Virus record (IMG/VR): IMGVR_UViG_3300028920_000034
Span: 64,001 to 128,000 of that record
Source of the DNA: a virus
Length of the DNA: 64,000 nucleotides
Strand: one strand, 5' to 3'
This document shows positions 27,241 through 36,904 of the stretch, one piece after another (the first letter of the stretch is position 1; each line of letters opens with the position of its first letter). The notes beneath the pieces were generated by a model. The model did not search any database and was not told where the DNA came from. It saw only the letters and a list, made by a program, of their open reading frames with translations. The translations under genes and the position numbers were made by a program.

Positions 27241-28038
27241 CTAGTACCCCGTATCCAGGTCCCCCTCTAGCTCCACAGCGTCGAGATCTTCCTGTACCAC
27301 CCATGCCGGCCATCCCTCGAGCTCGGTGTGCTCCACCAGGCGCACACTGTCGGTGAATACATCGATCTCACCGAGGGCCGGGAAGTTGACGGTGACAAAA
27401 TGCGGGCGAACGTCCACCACGTCCCCGCGCATCCCGTGGAACGGCTTGTCCTGGCCCCTGGCGGCCACAACCTCCACCGTGGTGCCGCGTCTCACCTTGC
27501 CGCGGACCTTCGGCGCCTTGCGCTTCTCGCCCAGCACGGTGCGGGCGTACTCACCCTCCCAGGTGTTGCCAGTGATCACGTCCTGGACAACACCGAACAG
27601 CGGATCTCTCCACTCGTTCGCCGCCGCCGCCGCTTCCTTTTCGGCCTTGGCCATGAGCTCCGCGCGCTTGCGGGCGCGCCCGGCCCGGATGTTGCGCCGC
27701 TTGCGCTTCCGGAAGCCCATGAGCTTCTCGTACTCCGCCTGACCCTTGGACTCCCACCACCGCCAGCTCGCCGTGGCCAGCCGAGTGAAAAACTCTTCGC
27801 TGTGCAGATCCATGGTCGGATCGTTCCGGTACTTGTACCGGAGCCCCTTGAGGAGCCGCTGGAAACCCTTGATCGCCACCCGCTTGGTGTTGTTGTCCTG
27901 GCCGTAGGTCTTGAAGGCGTGGGCCTGGATGATGTTGTTGAGCTCCCGCCCAGGAGGGAACCGCTTGCTCGGGTCGCTGTGAACAGCCACCTCGTCCAAG
28001 TAGGTGCCCCAAAGCCGGGGCCGGGCTGGCCAGATCAT
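27241..28038 (-). CDS. Hypothetical protein (basic, C-terminal SH3/KOW-like segment)
   Basis: RRGTTVEVV...FHGMRGDVVDV; start uncertain (28038 or 28050). Confidence 0.65.
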   Translation of the reverse strand: MIWPARPRLWGTYLDEVAVHSDPSKRFPPGRELNNIIQAHAFKTYGQDNNTKRVAIKGFQRLLKGLRYKYRNDPTMDLHSEEFFTRLATASWRWWESKGQAEYEKLMGFRKRKRRNIRAGRARKRAELMAKAEKEAAAAANEWRDPLFGVVQDVITGNTWEGEYARTVLGEKRKAPKVRGKVRRGTTVEVVAARGQDKPFHGMRGDVVDVRPHFVTVNFPALGEIDVFTDSVRLVEHTELEGWPAWVVQEDLDAVELEGDLDTGY

Positions 28039-28051
28039 GAGCGCCTCCAAG

Positions 28052-28125
28052 TTGGCACAAGATGTGCTTCTGCTTAATTAACCTTATCTCCCCTCTTAGA
28101 AGAGAAGAGTCTTGAGTGTCCCTGA
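28052..28125 (+). repeat. 74-bp element, copy 2
   Basis: TTGGCACAAGATGTGCTTCTGCTTAATTAACC...; 56 contiguous bp identical to copy 1. Confidence 0.9.
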
Positions 28126-28128
28126 CGC

Positions 28129-28398
28129 CTACTTGCGTAAACGCATCGCCGCCGGAAGCCCATCGTTCAGAAGATCGTAGAGCTGGTTACGGTACACCCA
28201 CGCCTTTTGGAGCACCTTGGTGGCATGGTTCTGCGCCGCCTTGGGCAGCTCATCCCATTCGGCCCCCTGATAGGCTTTCAGGATCTTCATGATGGGCCTC
28301 ATGGACGATTCGAGCTGCGTCAGCTCCACGATGATGCCACCGGAGCCCTGCTTCGCCTCGTCCAGGAGTTCCACCACGTTGTCGATACGGTCCTGCAT
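28129..28398 (-). CDS. Small cargo-type helical protein
   Basis: MQDRIDNVVELLDE|A leader. Confidence 0.7.
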   Translation of the reverse strand: MQDRIDNVVELLDEAKQGSGGIIVELTQLESSMRPIMKILKAYQGAEWDELPKAAQNHATKVLQKAWVYRNQLYDLLNDGLPAAMRLRK

Positions 28399-28402
28399 CG
28401 GC

Positions 28403-29038
28403 TCACTCCTTGGGGGCGTTCTTCGCCTGGCGCACGATGGTGCGGGCCGTGGCGAGGTTCATGCGGGCCCCGGTATCACGCACGCGCTGGAGAAGAACGG
28501 CCGGGTCTGCGTTGGCCACGGACTGCACCGTGGGGAAACCTGCCTCCGCCAAGGACTCGGCCCGGCTGCCGCCCACGCCGTTGATCACCGTCAGGTCCTC
28601 CGGCTCCACATCGTCCTCGAGCTCCTCCTCGGGCTCCTCTTCGGGCTCGGGCTCGGGCTCGGGGGCCGGGGGCACGATGGCCTTCGGCTTGGGCGCGGGG
28701 GGCTCGGGCTTGGAGCCGGTCTCCACCAGCTTCTTCTTGCCGTCGCCGGCCGCTGGCTCCTCGCTGCGCTTGAAGGCTGCCGTAGTGGTGCCCTTGGGGG
28801 GCTCCACGTCGCGCTTGGGCCGCTCGGCCCGGGCCGTGCCCCCGGTGGTCACCTGGTCACCCGTGGGCGCGTAGACGAGCTGCGGGGGGATGTTGGGGAA
28901 AAGCTGGGTGGTGTACTTCTCCCAGTGGTCCCCTTCCACCACGGTCTCATCGGTGAACAGCACCCCGTTGAGCTTGAACCGCTCCGCGGGGTACTCGGGG
29001 TTGCGTTTGTACTTCCGTGCGTTGGCTCGGGTGGCCAT
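28403..29038 (-). CDS. Protein with C-terminal helix-hairpin-helix domain
   Basis: DLTVINGVGGSRAESLAEAGFPTVQSVANAD is an HhH motif, following a PE-rich linker. Confidence 0.78.
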   Translation of the reverse strand: MATRANARKYKRNPEYPAERFKLNGVLFTDETVVEGDHWEKYTTQLFPNIPPQLVYAPTGDQVTTGGTARAERPKRDVEPPKGTTTAAFKRSEEPAAGDGKKKLVETGSKPEPPAPKPKAIVPPAPEPEPEPEEEPEEELEDDVEPEDLTVINGVGGSRAESLAEAGFPTVQSVANADPAVLLQRVRDTGARMNLATARTIVRQAKNAPKE

Positions 29039-29112
29039 GGCATACTCCTCCCTACGGTCTCATCGAATGTCCAATCTGGGGTAGGCCGAGCACCGGCGTG
29101 TTCCGCCAGGTG

Positions 29113-29673
29113 CTAGGAAACGCTGAACGTCGCGGCGTGCTGGTCCGACGTGTCCACCATGCGGCGACCGCCGACAACCCACGCCTTCAGGTACACCACC
29201 TGATCGGCCGCCGCCGGGATGCTCACCGTCACGGAGAGCTCACCTGCGTCGGGGGTCACCGTCAGGCGATTCGTCCCGGCGCCCGCGTCGATGGTCCCGG
29301 TGGCCGCCGTGTCCAGCGTGGCATCCTCGGACGGAATGAGGCAGTCCTCATCATCGAACACGCCGAAGTACATGGCCATGTCGGTGCTGTAGGCGTTGCC
29401 GTACAGGTCCTTGATGTCGAACCCCACGGCCGCCAGATCTGTGGCGTCCGCCGCCGGGTCCGCCGGGGTCTTGGCCACGGCCACGATGGGCGGATAGTCG
29501 TCGTCCTCGAGCTCGCAGACGATCTGGACGGTGGAGCTGGCGTACAGCTCCTGCATCTGGGCCGCCTCGTCCACCGTGCGACCGGTGAGGGCCTTCGTGG
29601 TGCCCGCTGCACAGCTCACCGCTCCGGGCATCGGAACGGGGTTTGCGCTGCGATTCACACAGGTGATTTTCAT
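29113..29673 (-). CDS. Putative capsid decoration/accessory virion protein
   Basis: Acidic, Ala/Thr- and beta-rich; immediately after the MCP. Confidence 0.55.
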   Translation of the reverse strand: MKITCVNRSANPVPMPGAVSCAAGTTKALTGRTVDEAAQMQELYASSTVQIVCELEDDDYPPIVAVAKTPADPAADATDLAAVGFDIKDLYGNAYSTDMAMYFGVFDDEDCLIPSEDATLDTAATGTIDAGAGTNRLTVTPDAGELSVTVSIPAAADQVVYLKAWVVGGRRMVDTSDQHAATFSVS

Positions 29674-29782
29674 GTTGGAATCCTCCTCCGCAGTAGCTTG
29701 AAACCTGAAGTCGGATCCAGCGGGGGTGACTGCCGCGGGAGGTGGTCACCCCCGCTGGGATCCTGAACGACACGATCTCACG

Positions 29783-31282
29783 CTACGGGGTGTTGTCCAC
29801 CTCGAGGGCGCCGTAGAAGTTGCTGTTCATCAGCTTCGTGGCGTACCGGGTCCGGAGCCCCTTGCGCGCCTGGAAGTTGCCCGGATCCAGCCAGGTGCTG
29901 GTGATCTGGAGCCCCACGTAGGGGGCGTAGGCGTAACCGCTGTCGAGGAAGGTGCTCCCCTTGAGCCCGACCACAGCCTTGCCAGACTCGAAGTACGGAT
30001 CCACGATCACGCGCCAGCGGTTCTGGAGCGTGCCGGCCTCGAAGATCCCGTAGCCCTGGGGGGCGTTCGGGAGCGGGAAGCCGGGGCGCCCGCCTGTGCC
30101 GATCCCCTGGATGGGGTCGGTCTGGGAGAACACGCCCTTGAAGTCGCCGTGGCGGCTCAGGGCCGAGATCACCGTGGACACGTCGGGCGCGCACACGATG
30201 AAGTTGCCCGGACCGCGCTTGGTGCGGGTGTGGATCTCCGTGGCGATCTTGTCCAGCTTGGTGAGGATCCCGGAGTAGTGCTCCACCGGGCTCCGGCCGG
30301 GGGGCACCGTCGCGTCGAAGGTCTCCTTGTTGGTGCCGGCGTCCGCCGCCACGTACAGGTCCTGGATGATCTCGCGGTCGATCTCCAGCCCGATCTCGCT
30401 GGCCAGGCCGCCCACCAGCTCGGACTCAATGTCCAAGCCCAGCATGGCCCGCATGTCGTCGGCCGCCTCGGAGCTCCACAGCGCCTTGAGCTTCCGGCTC
30501 CACGCCTGGACGGGCTCGAGGGAGATCTCGACGTTCACCTCGGGCACGTTGGCCGACGCCGCCTCCATGGAGAACCAGTAGTTGGCGTAGATGGGGGTGA
30601 GGTTCTTCACGTTCGCGGAGAACGTGATGTTGAAGTCGCCGCTGGCGTAGGTGACCGTGGACGCGGCGCCCGTGTCACCGGCCAGGGTGCCGGATCCGTC
30701 CGCATCGTAGATCCGGAGCACGTTGTCGGACACGTCCACCGTGGTGAACTCGAGGCCCGCGCGGCCGAAGTTGTCCTTCGGCACCACCGGGAACCAGTCC
30801 AGGGTCCCGGTGTAGTTGGCCGTGGATCCGTCTCCGGTGTCCACCAGCTCGTGGTACACGCGCTCCGAGCTGTAGAACCGGTCGAAGTTTTGGATCATGT
30901 TCTGACCCGCGGTGACCGATCCCTTGCTGGTGCCGTACTTGTACTCGAAGAAGAAGATCCCGCCGATGGGCGCGCTCATCGGCTGGACGCTCACCAGGCC
31001 GTTGGCGAACAGGCTCGCCCACACGCGGCGGACCAGCGGGAAGATGAACTTCACGTAGTCCGGCACGGCCGCCTTGGTGGTGGCCTCGCTGATGATCCCG
31101 GACTTCCGCACCTCGTCGCGGAGGTGGTTCATCTGGTTCTCGAAGAGGCGCGCCAGGTTGCGCCGATCCCAGTCCTCATCGATCCCGTCGAGGAGCCACG
31201 CCCACTTCTGCTTGAGGATCTCGTCCACCCGGTCCTGGCCTCCGAAGCCGCCCGGGGCCTTCACCATGTCTCTTGCCTGCAT
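29783..31282 (-). CDS. Major capsid protein, T4 gp23-like
   Basis: KW..LLDGI, ARLFENQ, PLVRRV...VSVQPMSAPIGGIF, SRKLKALWSSEAADD, EIGLEIDREII, GYAYAPYVGL, KGLRTRYA; probable maturation site IISE|ATT. Confidence 0.96.
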   Translation of the reverse strand: MQARDMVKAPGGFGGQDRVDEILKQKWAWLLDGIDEDWDRRNLARLFENQMNHLRDEVRKSGIISEATTKAAVPDYVKFIFPLVRRVWASLFANGLVSVQPMSAPIGGIFFFEYKYGTSKGSVTAGQNMIQNFDRFYSSERVYHELVDTGDGSTANYTGTLDWFPVVPKDNFGRAGLEFTTVDVSDNVLRIYDADGSGTLAGDTGAASTVTYASGDFNITFSANVKNLTPIYANYWFSMEAASANVPEVNVEISLEPVQAWSRKLKALWSSEAADDMRAMLGLDIESELVGGLASEIGLEIDREIIQDLYVAADAGTNKETFDATVPPGRSPVEHYSGILTKLDKIATEIHTRTKRGPGNFIVCAPDVSTVISALSRHGDFKGVFSQTDPIQGIGTGGRPGFPLPNAPQGYGIFEAGTLQNRWRVIVDPYFESGKAVVGLKGSTFLDSGYAYAPYVGLQITSTWLDPGNFQARKGLRTRYATKLMNSNFYGALEVDNTP

Positions 31283-31343
31283 TTCTGCCTCCTAAATCCG
31301 GTTCACGCGCTCATTGCGCGTTGGTTTTCCTGGAAGAGATCCC

Positions 31344-32912
31344 CTAGTAGGGCCCCTTGTCGTCGTCGCGTCCTTCGGACAGGCCGCAGAGCTTCCGGAG
31401 CTCTTTCTGGCCCACGCCGAACAGATCGTAGCCGTCCTCGGTGAGGGGCACCTGGCCGCCGCCACCCTCCGGCATGTGCATGGCGCCCGTGAACCCCTCG
31501 GTGAAGTCCTGCGGGTCCTCGTCCCCCTCGGTGAGGTGGGACAGGCCGCCGCCGAACTCGGACGAGATCTGATCGAACTCGTCCGACAAGGGATTGGCCG
31601 CCTCGAAGGATTCGATCAGCCGGTCCACGGCACGCTTGCCCTCCAGGCGCACGTTCTCCGCTTGCTCGCGGATGGCGCTGGCCTGGGGATGGGCGTTCAG
31701 GCGCTGCTCGAGGTACGCCTTGGTGCCCAGGGCCTTGCCGAGCTCCACGGACTTGCCCAGGGCCCGGCGGAGCTTCTCGTTCTCGGCCTTCATGGCCGCG
31801 AGCTCCGCGTTCTCCTCCTCCTGGCGCGTGGTCTCGGTGAGCACCGACTCCACCGTGCTGGCGAGGGCCTCCTTGAACTCTTCGATGGACCCGAAACGGG
31901 ACAGGTCCCCGAGCATCCCGAGGATGTGCTCCTTCGTGTCCACTTCCTCGAGCGTGCCCAGTGCGCGCTCGGCGTAGTAGCGACAGGAGAGCTCCTCGGT
32001 GATGCCCACCAGCTCCTCCACGGCCGCCTCGAGCTGGGAGATCTGCTCCTGAGCCTCCTCGAGCTTGGCCCGGGTGTCAGCCAGCTCCTCGTCCTTGTTC
32101 TCCAGGACGGCGTGCTGGTCCTCGGTGAGCATCAGGGGCCGGAGGAGCTTGATCACTCCCTCGAGGGCGAGCCGCGAGCCGCCCACGGACGGGTCGCTCA
32201 GGAGCTCGCTCCGCACCTGGTTCTCCACCTCCGCGCGCTGCTCCTGCACCATGGACAGGAGCTTCTCACGCATGTCCTCGGTGTCGGGCGCCGCCGGGGC
32301 CGGCTCCACGCCTGCCACGGCCTCTGCCTGGATCATCTGCACCAGCTCGGGGTGCGTTTCCTTCAGTTGCTCGAGGGTGAGGGGCATGTTCTCCTCCGGA
32401 TCGTCGGCCTCGGTGGTGAACTTCGGCCAAGACGTAGCGTTCGCCGGGTCCGCCACGGCGTCAAAGGACAGGAGCCGATAGTCGTCTTGAACCTCGCTCA
32501 TGCCCTGTTGGTTCTTGCGGGTGGTCCCCACGCCACGGCTGGAGACGCCCACAACGCCTCCGCTTTCGATGATGGACTTCAGGATGCGCCCGTTGGGGGT
32601 GTCGAGCACTCGCATCTCCCCGATGACGTTGGTGCCATCGAAGGTCAGTTTGGTGATCAGGTGAGACGCTTCCTTGAGCGTGGTCTTGCCGTCCTGTGGG
32701 TGGTCCAGGAGTCCGAACAAGCTGCTCGTCTTGATCTTGTCCTGGAGCCGGGACAGCTCACGCTCCCAGAGCTTGCCGGAGTACACCCGGCCGTTGGCCG
32801 TTGGCACTCCTGCCCGGGCAAAGGGCCCGCGGGCTACCATGCCCCCGGAGCCCTCCCGGTCCTCCACCAGCTCGAATCGGAATAGCTGGCAGTCTGTGAG
32901 TACCTGGTCCAC
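31344..32912 (-). CDS. Prohead protease (T4 gp21-like) fused to coiled-coil scaffold
   Basis: ANGRVY, GLLDHP, SHLITKL, LDTPNGRIL, GVSSRGVG, FDAVADPA, then about 350 aa of acidic coiled coil ending ELRKLCGLSE. Confidence 0.93.
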   Translation of the reverse strand: MDQVLTDCQLFRFELVEDREGSGGMVARGPFARAGVPTANGRVYSGKLWERELSRLQDKIKTSSLFGLLDHPQDGKTTLKEASHLITKLTFDGTNVIGEMRVLDTPNGRILKSIIESGGVVGVSSRGVGTTRKNQQGMSEVQDDYRLLSFDAVADPANATSWPKFTTEADDPEENMPLTLEQLKETHPELVQMIQAEAVAGVEPAPAAPDTEDMREKLLSMVQEQRAEVENQVRSELLSDPSVGGSRLALEGVIKLLRPLMLTEDQHAVLENKDEELADTRAKLEEAQEQISQLEAAVEELVGITEELSCRYYAERALGTLEEVDTKEHILGMLGDLSRFGSIEEFKEALASTVESVLTETTRQEEENAELAAMKAENEKLRRALGKSVELGKALGTKAYLEQRLNAHPQASAIREQAENVRLEGKRAVDRLIESFEAANPLSDEFDQISSEFGGGLSHLTEGDEDPQDFTEGFTGAMHMPEGGGGQVPLTEDGYDLFGVGQKELRKLCGLSEGRDDDKGPY

Positions 32913-32921
32913 GGTGGCCTC

Positions 32922-33995
32922 CTAGCGGTGACGGATACCGAACATGAGGGCGACTTCGCCGCGGATCCCCTCGAAGGGGTCTTCCTCGTCCTCGTCCTCA
33001 TCCTCGAAGAACAGGTCCTCGTCCTCGTCCAGCTCCGCGCCGAACAGACCCTCGCTCTCCACCACCTCCTGCTCGAAGGGCATCCGCCCCTCGTCCAGCG
33101 CCACCAGGATGTTGGTGTCGTCGGCGTAGTTGGCCATGGCGAGGGCTTCCGCGTGAAGCTCCGCGAGGTGCTCGTCCAGGAGCCGCTGGTCCTCCACGCT
33201 GATGGTGCCGTCGCGCTCCTCGAGGGCGCCCAGGAACTCCCGGGCCTCCGCGGCGATGAGCTCGCAGTAGTCGGCCGCCTCGTCCAGCGGGAAGTGAATG
33301 TCCACGTAGCTCTCGTCCAGCTCGCGGAGACCGCCGGCCGTGGCCGTGGCCGCCTTGGCGATGTTGGCGTAGCCGGCCGCGTACTGGGAACTGTCCTCGG
33401 TGTGCTCGAGGGCGTTGATGATGGACCCGAGCTCGGACAGGTCCTGGCCGCCTGGGTACTCGGTGCTCGAGCCGAGCATGGACGCGAAGCTGCGCCGGGC
33501 ACCCTTCACGGCCTTTTTGCCCATGGACTTGGCCTTGGCGTAGAGCTTCTTGAGCTTCTTGAAGCGGGAGCTCTTGCGATACCGCTTGGCCTGGGACTTG
33601 CCGCGCCCCTTGCGATACCGCTTGGCGTCCTTGGCCTTGGCGAGACGCTCGGCGCGAGACGGCTTCTTCTTGCCTTTCTTGAGGAGGTTCTTGAAGAACT
33701 TGACGATCTTGAACTCGTCCAGCGTCTCCACGTCCTCGGGGAGCTCGTCCAGCTCGTCCTCGGTGACGGTCAGCATGGCCAGCTCCACGTCCTCCGCCGG
33801 CACGCCGGCCTTGAGGGCTTTCTTCTGAAGCGCCGCCATCTTCGTCTTGGCCACGTTCATCTTCTTCTGCATGGCCGCCTGCTTCTTGTCGGGCGCGGGC
33901 GGGGCGTCCATCTCGTCCAGGTGGTCCGTCTCGTCCACCGGAAGACCCAGGTACTGGAAATCCTCGGCCAGGGTGTGGATCGGTCGGTTTTGCAT
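32922..33995 (-). CDS. Prohead core/scaffold-like protein
   Basis: Alternating very acidic and K/R-rich blocks with LDE| sites; upstream of the protease, as T4 core proteins are. Confidence 0.65.
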   Translation of the reverse strand: MQNRPIHTLAEDFQYLGLPVDETDHLDEMDAPPAPDKKQAAMQKKMNVAKTKMAALQKKALKAGVPAEDVELAMLTVTEDELDELPEDVETLDEFKIVKFFKNLLKKGKKKPSRAERLAKAKDAKRYRKGRGKSQAKRYRKSSRFKKLKKLYAKAKSMGKKAVKGARRSFASMLGSSTEYPGGQDLSELGSIINALEHTEDSSQYAAGYANIAKAATATAGGLRELDESYVDIHFPLDEAADYCELIAAEAREFLGALEERDGTISVEDQRLLDEHLAELHAEALAMANYADDTNILVALDEGRMPFEQEVVESEGLFGAELDEDEDLFFEDEDEDEEDPFEGIRGEVALMFGIRHR

Positions 33996-34040
33996 CGTGC
34001 TCCTCCGTGATATTCGTTGAGCCCCAGCCGGGGCGTCGTT

Positions 34041-34973
34041 TCAGCTCACAAATTCCGTGGCCACCCGACGCACTAGCCGGGCCGTCACTTCCACCTGGGG
34101 ATACTGCCGCGCCACCTGGTCAAACAGCCAGCCGCGCGCCGCCACAGTGTCCGGATCGTTGTCCTTGGCCGCCTCGCTCATCAGGTGGCAGAGAGCCTTG
34201 AGCTCCACCAGGTAATCGGAAGCGATGGTCTCGAAATGCTCGGCCGGCCGGGCGATGCCCGAAGCCTTGAAGGCACCAGTCGATTGGTACTCGCCCCACG
34301 CCTCGGTGGTCTGCTCCCAGAGCTTCTCCAGGCGCTCGGCCATCACGCCCACGTCCGCCTCCACGGCGGAAGCGTACTCGCTGGCGTCCTCGAGGAGACC
34401 GTCACGGTACAGGGGCTGGTAGCGAGGTTGAGGGGTGTAGGAAAAAGCGGAGCCGGTGGTGCCCCACACCAGGCGCTGAATGCGCTCATGGTCCTCCGCG
34501 TAGAACGCGCGCCATGGGCGCTCCTGATCGAACATCCCGGAGAGGTGCTCGCGGAGCTCGCGGAGCTGGTCCACCGGGGCCAGCATGGGAGCCGCTTCGA
34601 TCAAGGTACGGATCTGATCACGGGCCGATGAGAAGTCCCCAGCCACCAGGGCCTCCACCGCCTCCGATGCAGTGCGCTCCACGAAGCGCCTGCCATCCTG
34701 GCGCCCGCGAATCACCGGGAGCTCCACTGGCTCCACCTTCGTGATGGAAAACCCGTCACCGGCCGGCTGGTAGCTGGCGCGGTAGACGTTGCCGTCCCCG
34801 TTGGCCACCACCACATGCTCATTGAACGTCGCAATCACGTTCAGGTCCTGCCCGGTCTCGGATTCGAATCTTGCGTGGCTGTCCTCTACCGCCTGGATCA
34901 CTCGACCCACATAATCCTCGATGGATCCGCGGGTCACTTCTGCGAGCACATTGGCCGGAATCAGTCCGCTCAT
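34041..34973 (-). CDS. Hypothetical head-module protein
   Basis: 310 aa between portal and core genes; GGAG RBS. Confidence 0.75.
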   Translation of the reverse strand: MSGLIPANVLAEVTRGSIEDYVGRVIQAVEDSHARFESETGQDLNVIATFNEHVVVANGDGNVYRASYQPAGDGFSITKVEPVELPVIRGRQDGRRFVERTASEAVEALVAGDFSSARDQIRTLIEAAPMLAPVDQLRELREHLSGMFDQERPWRAFYAEDHERIQRLVWGTTGSAFSYTPQPRYQPLYRDGLLEDASEYASAVEADVGVMAERLEKLWEQTTEAWGEYQSTGAFKASGIARPAEHFETIASDYLVELKALCHLMSEAAKDNDPDTVAARGWLFDQVARQYPQVEVTARLVRRVATEFVS

Positions 34974-35094
34974 CGTGGCCGTCCACTCCCAGTAACGGTG
35001 GGCTCAAGGCAGAGAGATCCGGTGAAATACCAGGAGAGTCTCACTTCTGTGGAGAGATCACCTTTTCGCATCGGATCGCCTCTGAATCCTTGTC

Positions 35095-35164
35095 ATTATC
35101 AATACACGGTTCTACACGGGTCAAGGGAAAAAAACAAGGAGGGTCAAACACTTATATAAGTGTT
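35095..35164 (-). promoter_or_regulatory. Sigma70-like promoter plus 18-bp palindrome
   Basis: TTGACC-N18-GATAAT (35124-35095); perfect palindrome AACACTTATATAAGTGTT at 35147-35164 in an AT-rich gap. Confidence 0.5.
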
Positions 35165-35183
35165 GTGTAGGTTCGGATTCGAA

Positions 35184-36896
35184 TCAGCGAGGCATCGGGG
35201 ACGTGCGGAGCGCCCCGCGGACTTCGCTCATGAACGCCTGAAGCTGTCCCATCTGCATCCCCAGGCGCCGGTTCTCGGTGAGCACCTGATCCAGTTGGCC
35301 CCCAAGCCGTCGCTCGGCCTCACGGCTTCCTGCAAACAGATCTCGCTCCACACCGTACAGCTCTCGGGGGCGCGGGGGCGCGGAACGGTTGTCCGTGAGC
35401 ATTCTGTTCGGGCTCCTGGCGGGGAGTCCCCTTGATTCGAATTGCCCTTGCTGGATCTTCATTTCCTCGGTGAGCTCCTCGCGGCGCTGCACCATCACTT
35501 TTTCGATCTCAGCGTCGGAAAAGTTGAACACGTTGGCGAGGAGCCAGTGCTTCGAAACGAGCTCACCCATCTGGGCAGCGAACGTGGCTCGGGTGTTCTG
35601 GATCTCGAGGCGCGCGAGCTCGAAGATGGAGCTCGGCACCGTCATGGCCAGATCGAAGTCCACATAGGCCGGATCGATCCCCTGGCTGGCGAGGTGTACC
35701 TTGGCCACCTTCCGCATCCCCGCCTTGTACTCGCGCTGGACCCGGAGCACCGTCCGGGCGAACCGCACGTCCTCCTGGGAGAGCGTGGCACGGCTCGGGA
35801 GGTTCTCATCGTAGCCCAGGTACGCCTTCGGAATCATCAGGCTGGCGTGGAGCTTGTCACGGAAATAGGCCACGTCTTCCACACCCGTCCAGGTGGGCGT
35901 GTTGAGCACGTCCGCGCGGACCACCTCACGGCTGTCGCGCACCGGGAGGAAGAAATCCTCATCAGTGGACAGGGGGTTGAATCGCAAGTCGAGCTGGCCG
36001 GTCCGTGGGTTCACGAACTTCTTTTTCTTGAGCTTCCGGCGCATCTCGTCCAGGTACTTCTCTGCGTTCTCGGTGGACAGCTTGCCCACGTCCACGTAGA
36101 ACGCGAAGCGACTGGGAGCTCGGGCCAGCCGGCTGATCAGCGCCGCGTCCTCGAGGAGGATGAGACGCTTCCAAACCCACCTGCACGCCTCGAGGATCCC
36201 GATCCCGTACATCGCCCGGCGCCGGTTGCTCCGGAGCCGCATGTGGACCACGCGCCAGGGCTCGAAGAGGGCCACACCGCTGCGCGGCTCGCTCCCCACG
36301 CCCTGGTGGAACTGCATCCCCTCGAGCTGGTTGGGGTTCACCGTGAAGTTGCCCCTGAAGCTCTGCACGAAGCCCTTGAGCTCGCCCTGTTTCCCCTCGA
36401 GGCGTCGGCACGTGGGAGCTGGCAAGAAGTTGAGCCCCTGGACCCCGCGGGAGTTGACCAGGATCTCCTCGAAGTCGTTTCCGTACTTCACCAGCATCCG
36501 GATCGATTCCCACGCTTCATCGTCCACGTGGAGCCGTTTGTGGAGCATGGTGTCGAGCATCCCGCGGATCTGCTCGTCCCGACACACGGACCACATCACA
36601 TGGTTGGTGCTCGGATCTGGAACCGTCGCATCGTCCGCGTAGATGTTCAATGCCGCGTTGCAGTCCGCATACTCATCCATGCGCTCGTAGTCGATCATCC
36701 GCGCCATCAGAGCGTTGGACACCATCAGGGCGTCCTGGACCACGTTCTGCCCGATGTGCTGGACTTGCAGGTTCCCGAATGGATCCATCGGGAAGTCCCC
36801 GACGTTTACCCCTCCGGCTGCCTCAAGCCGCTCCTCGGTGTCGCGGCTGAAAATCCCCCGAACGTAGTTGACGATCCGATTACCCAGGTTCGCCAT
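35184..36896 (-). CDS. Portal protein, T4 gp20-like
   Basis: YERMD...ALNIYADDAT, LVKYGNDF, VVHMRL, YGIGILE, LILLEDAALISRLARAPSRFAFYVDVG, EDFFLP, IPKAYL, LSQEDVRFARTV. Confidence 0.95.
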   Translation of the reverse strand: MANLGNRIVNYVRGIFSRDTEERLEAAGGVNVGDFPMDPFGNLQVQHIGQNVVQDALMVSNALMARMIDYERMDEYADCNAALNIYADDATVPDPSTNHVMWSVCRDEQIRGMLDTMLHKRLHVDDEAWESIRMLVKYGNDFEEILVNSRGVQGLNFLPAPTCRRLEGKQGELKGFVQSFRGNFTVNPNQLEGMQFHQGVGSEPRSGVALFEPWRVVHMRLRSNRRRAMYGIGILEACRWVWKRLILLEDAALISRLARAPSRFAFYVDVGKLSTENAEKYLDEMRRKLKKKKFVNPRTGQLDLRFNPLSTDEDFFLPVRDSREVVRADVLNTPTWTGVEDVAYFRDKLHASLMIPKAYLGYDENLPSRATLSQEDVRFARTVLRVQREYKAGMRKVAKVHLASQGIDPAYVDFDLAMTVPSSIFELARLEIQNTRATFAAQMGELVSKHWLLANVFNFSDAEIEKVMVQRREELTEEMKIQQGQFESRGLPARSPNRMLTDNRSAPPRPRELYGVERDLFAGSREAERRLGGQLDQVLTENRRLGMQMGQLQAFMSEVRGALRTSPMPR

Positions 36897-36904
36897 CTGT
36901 TACC

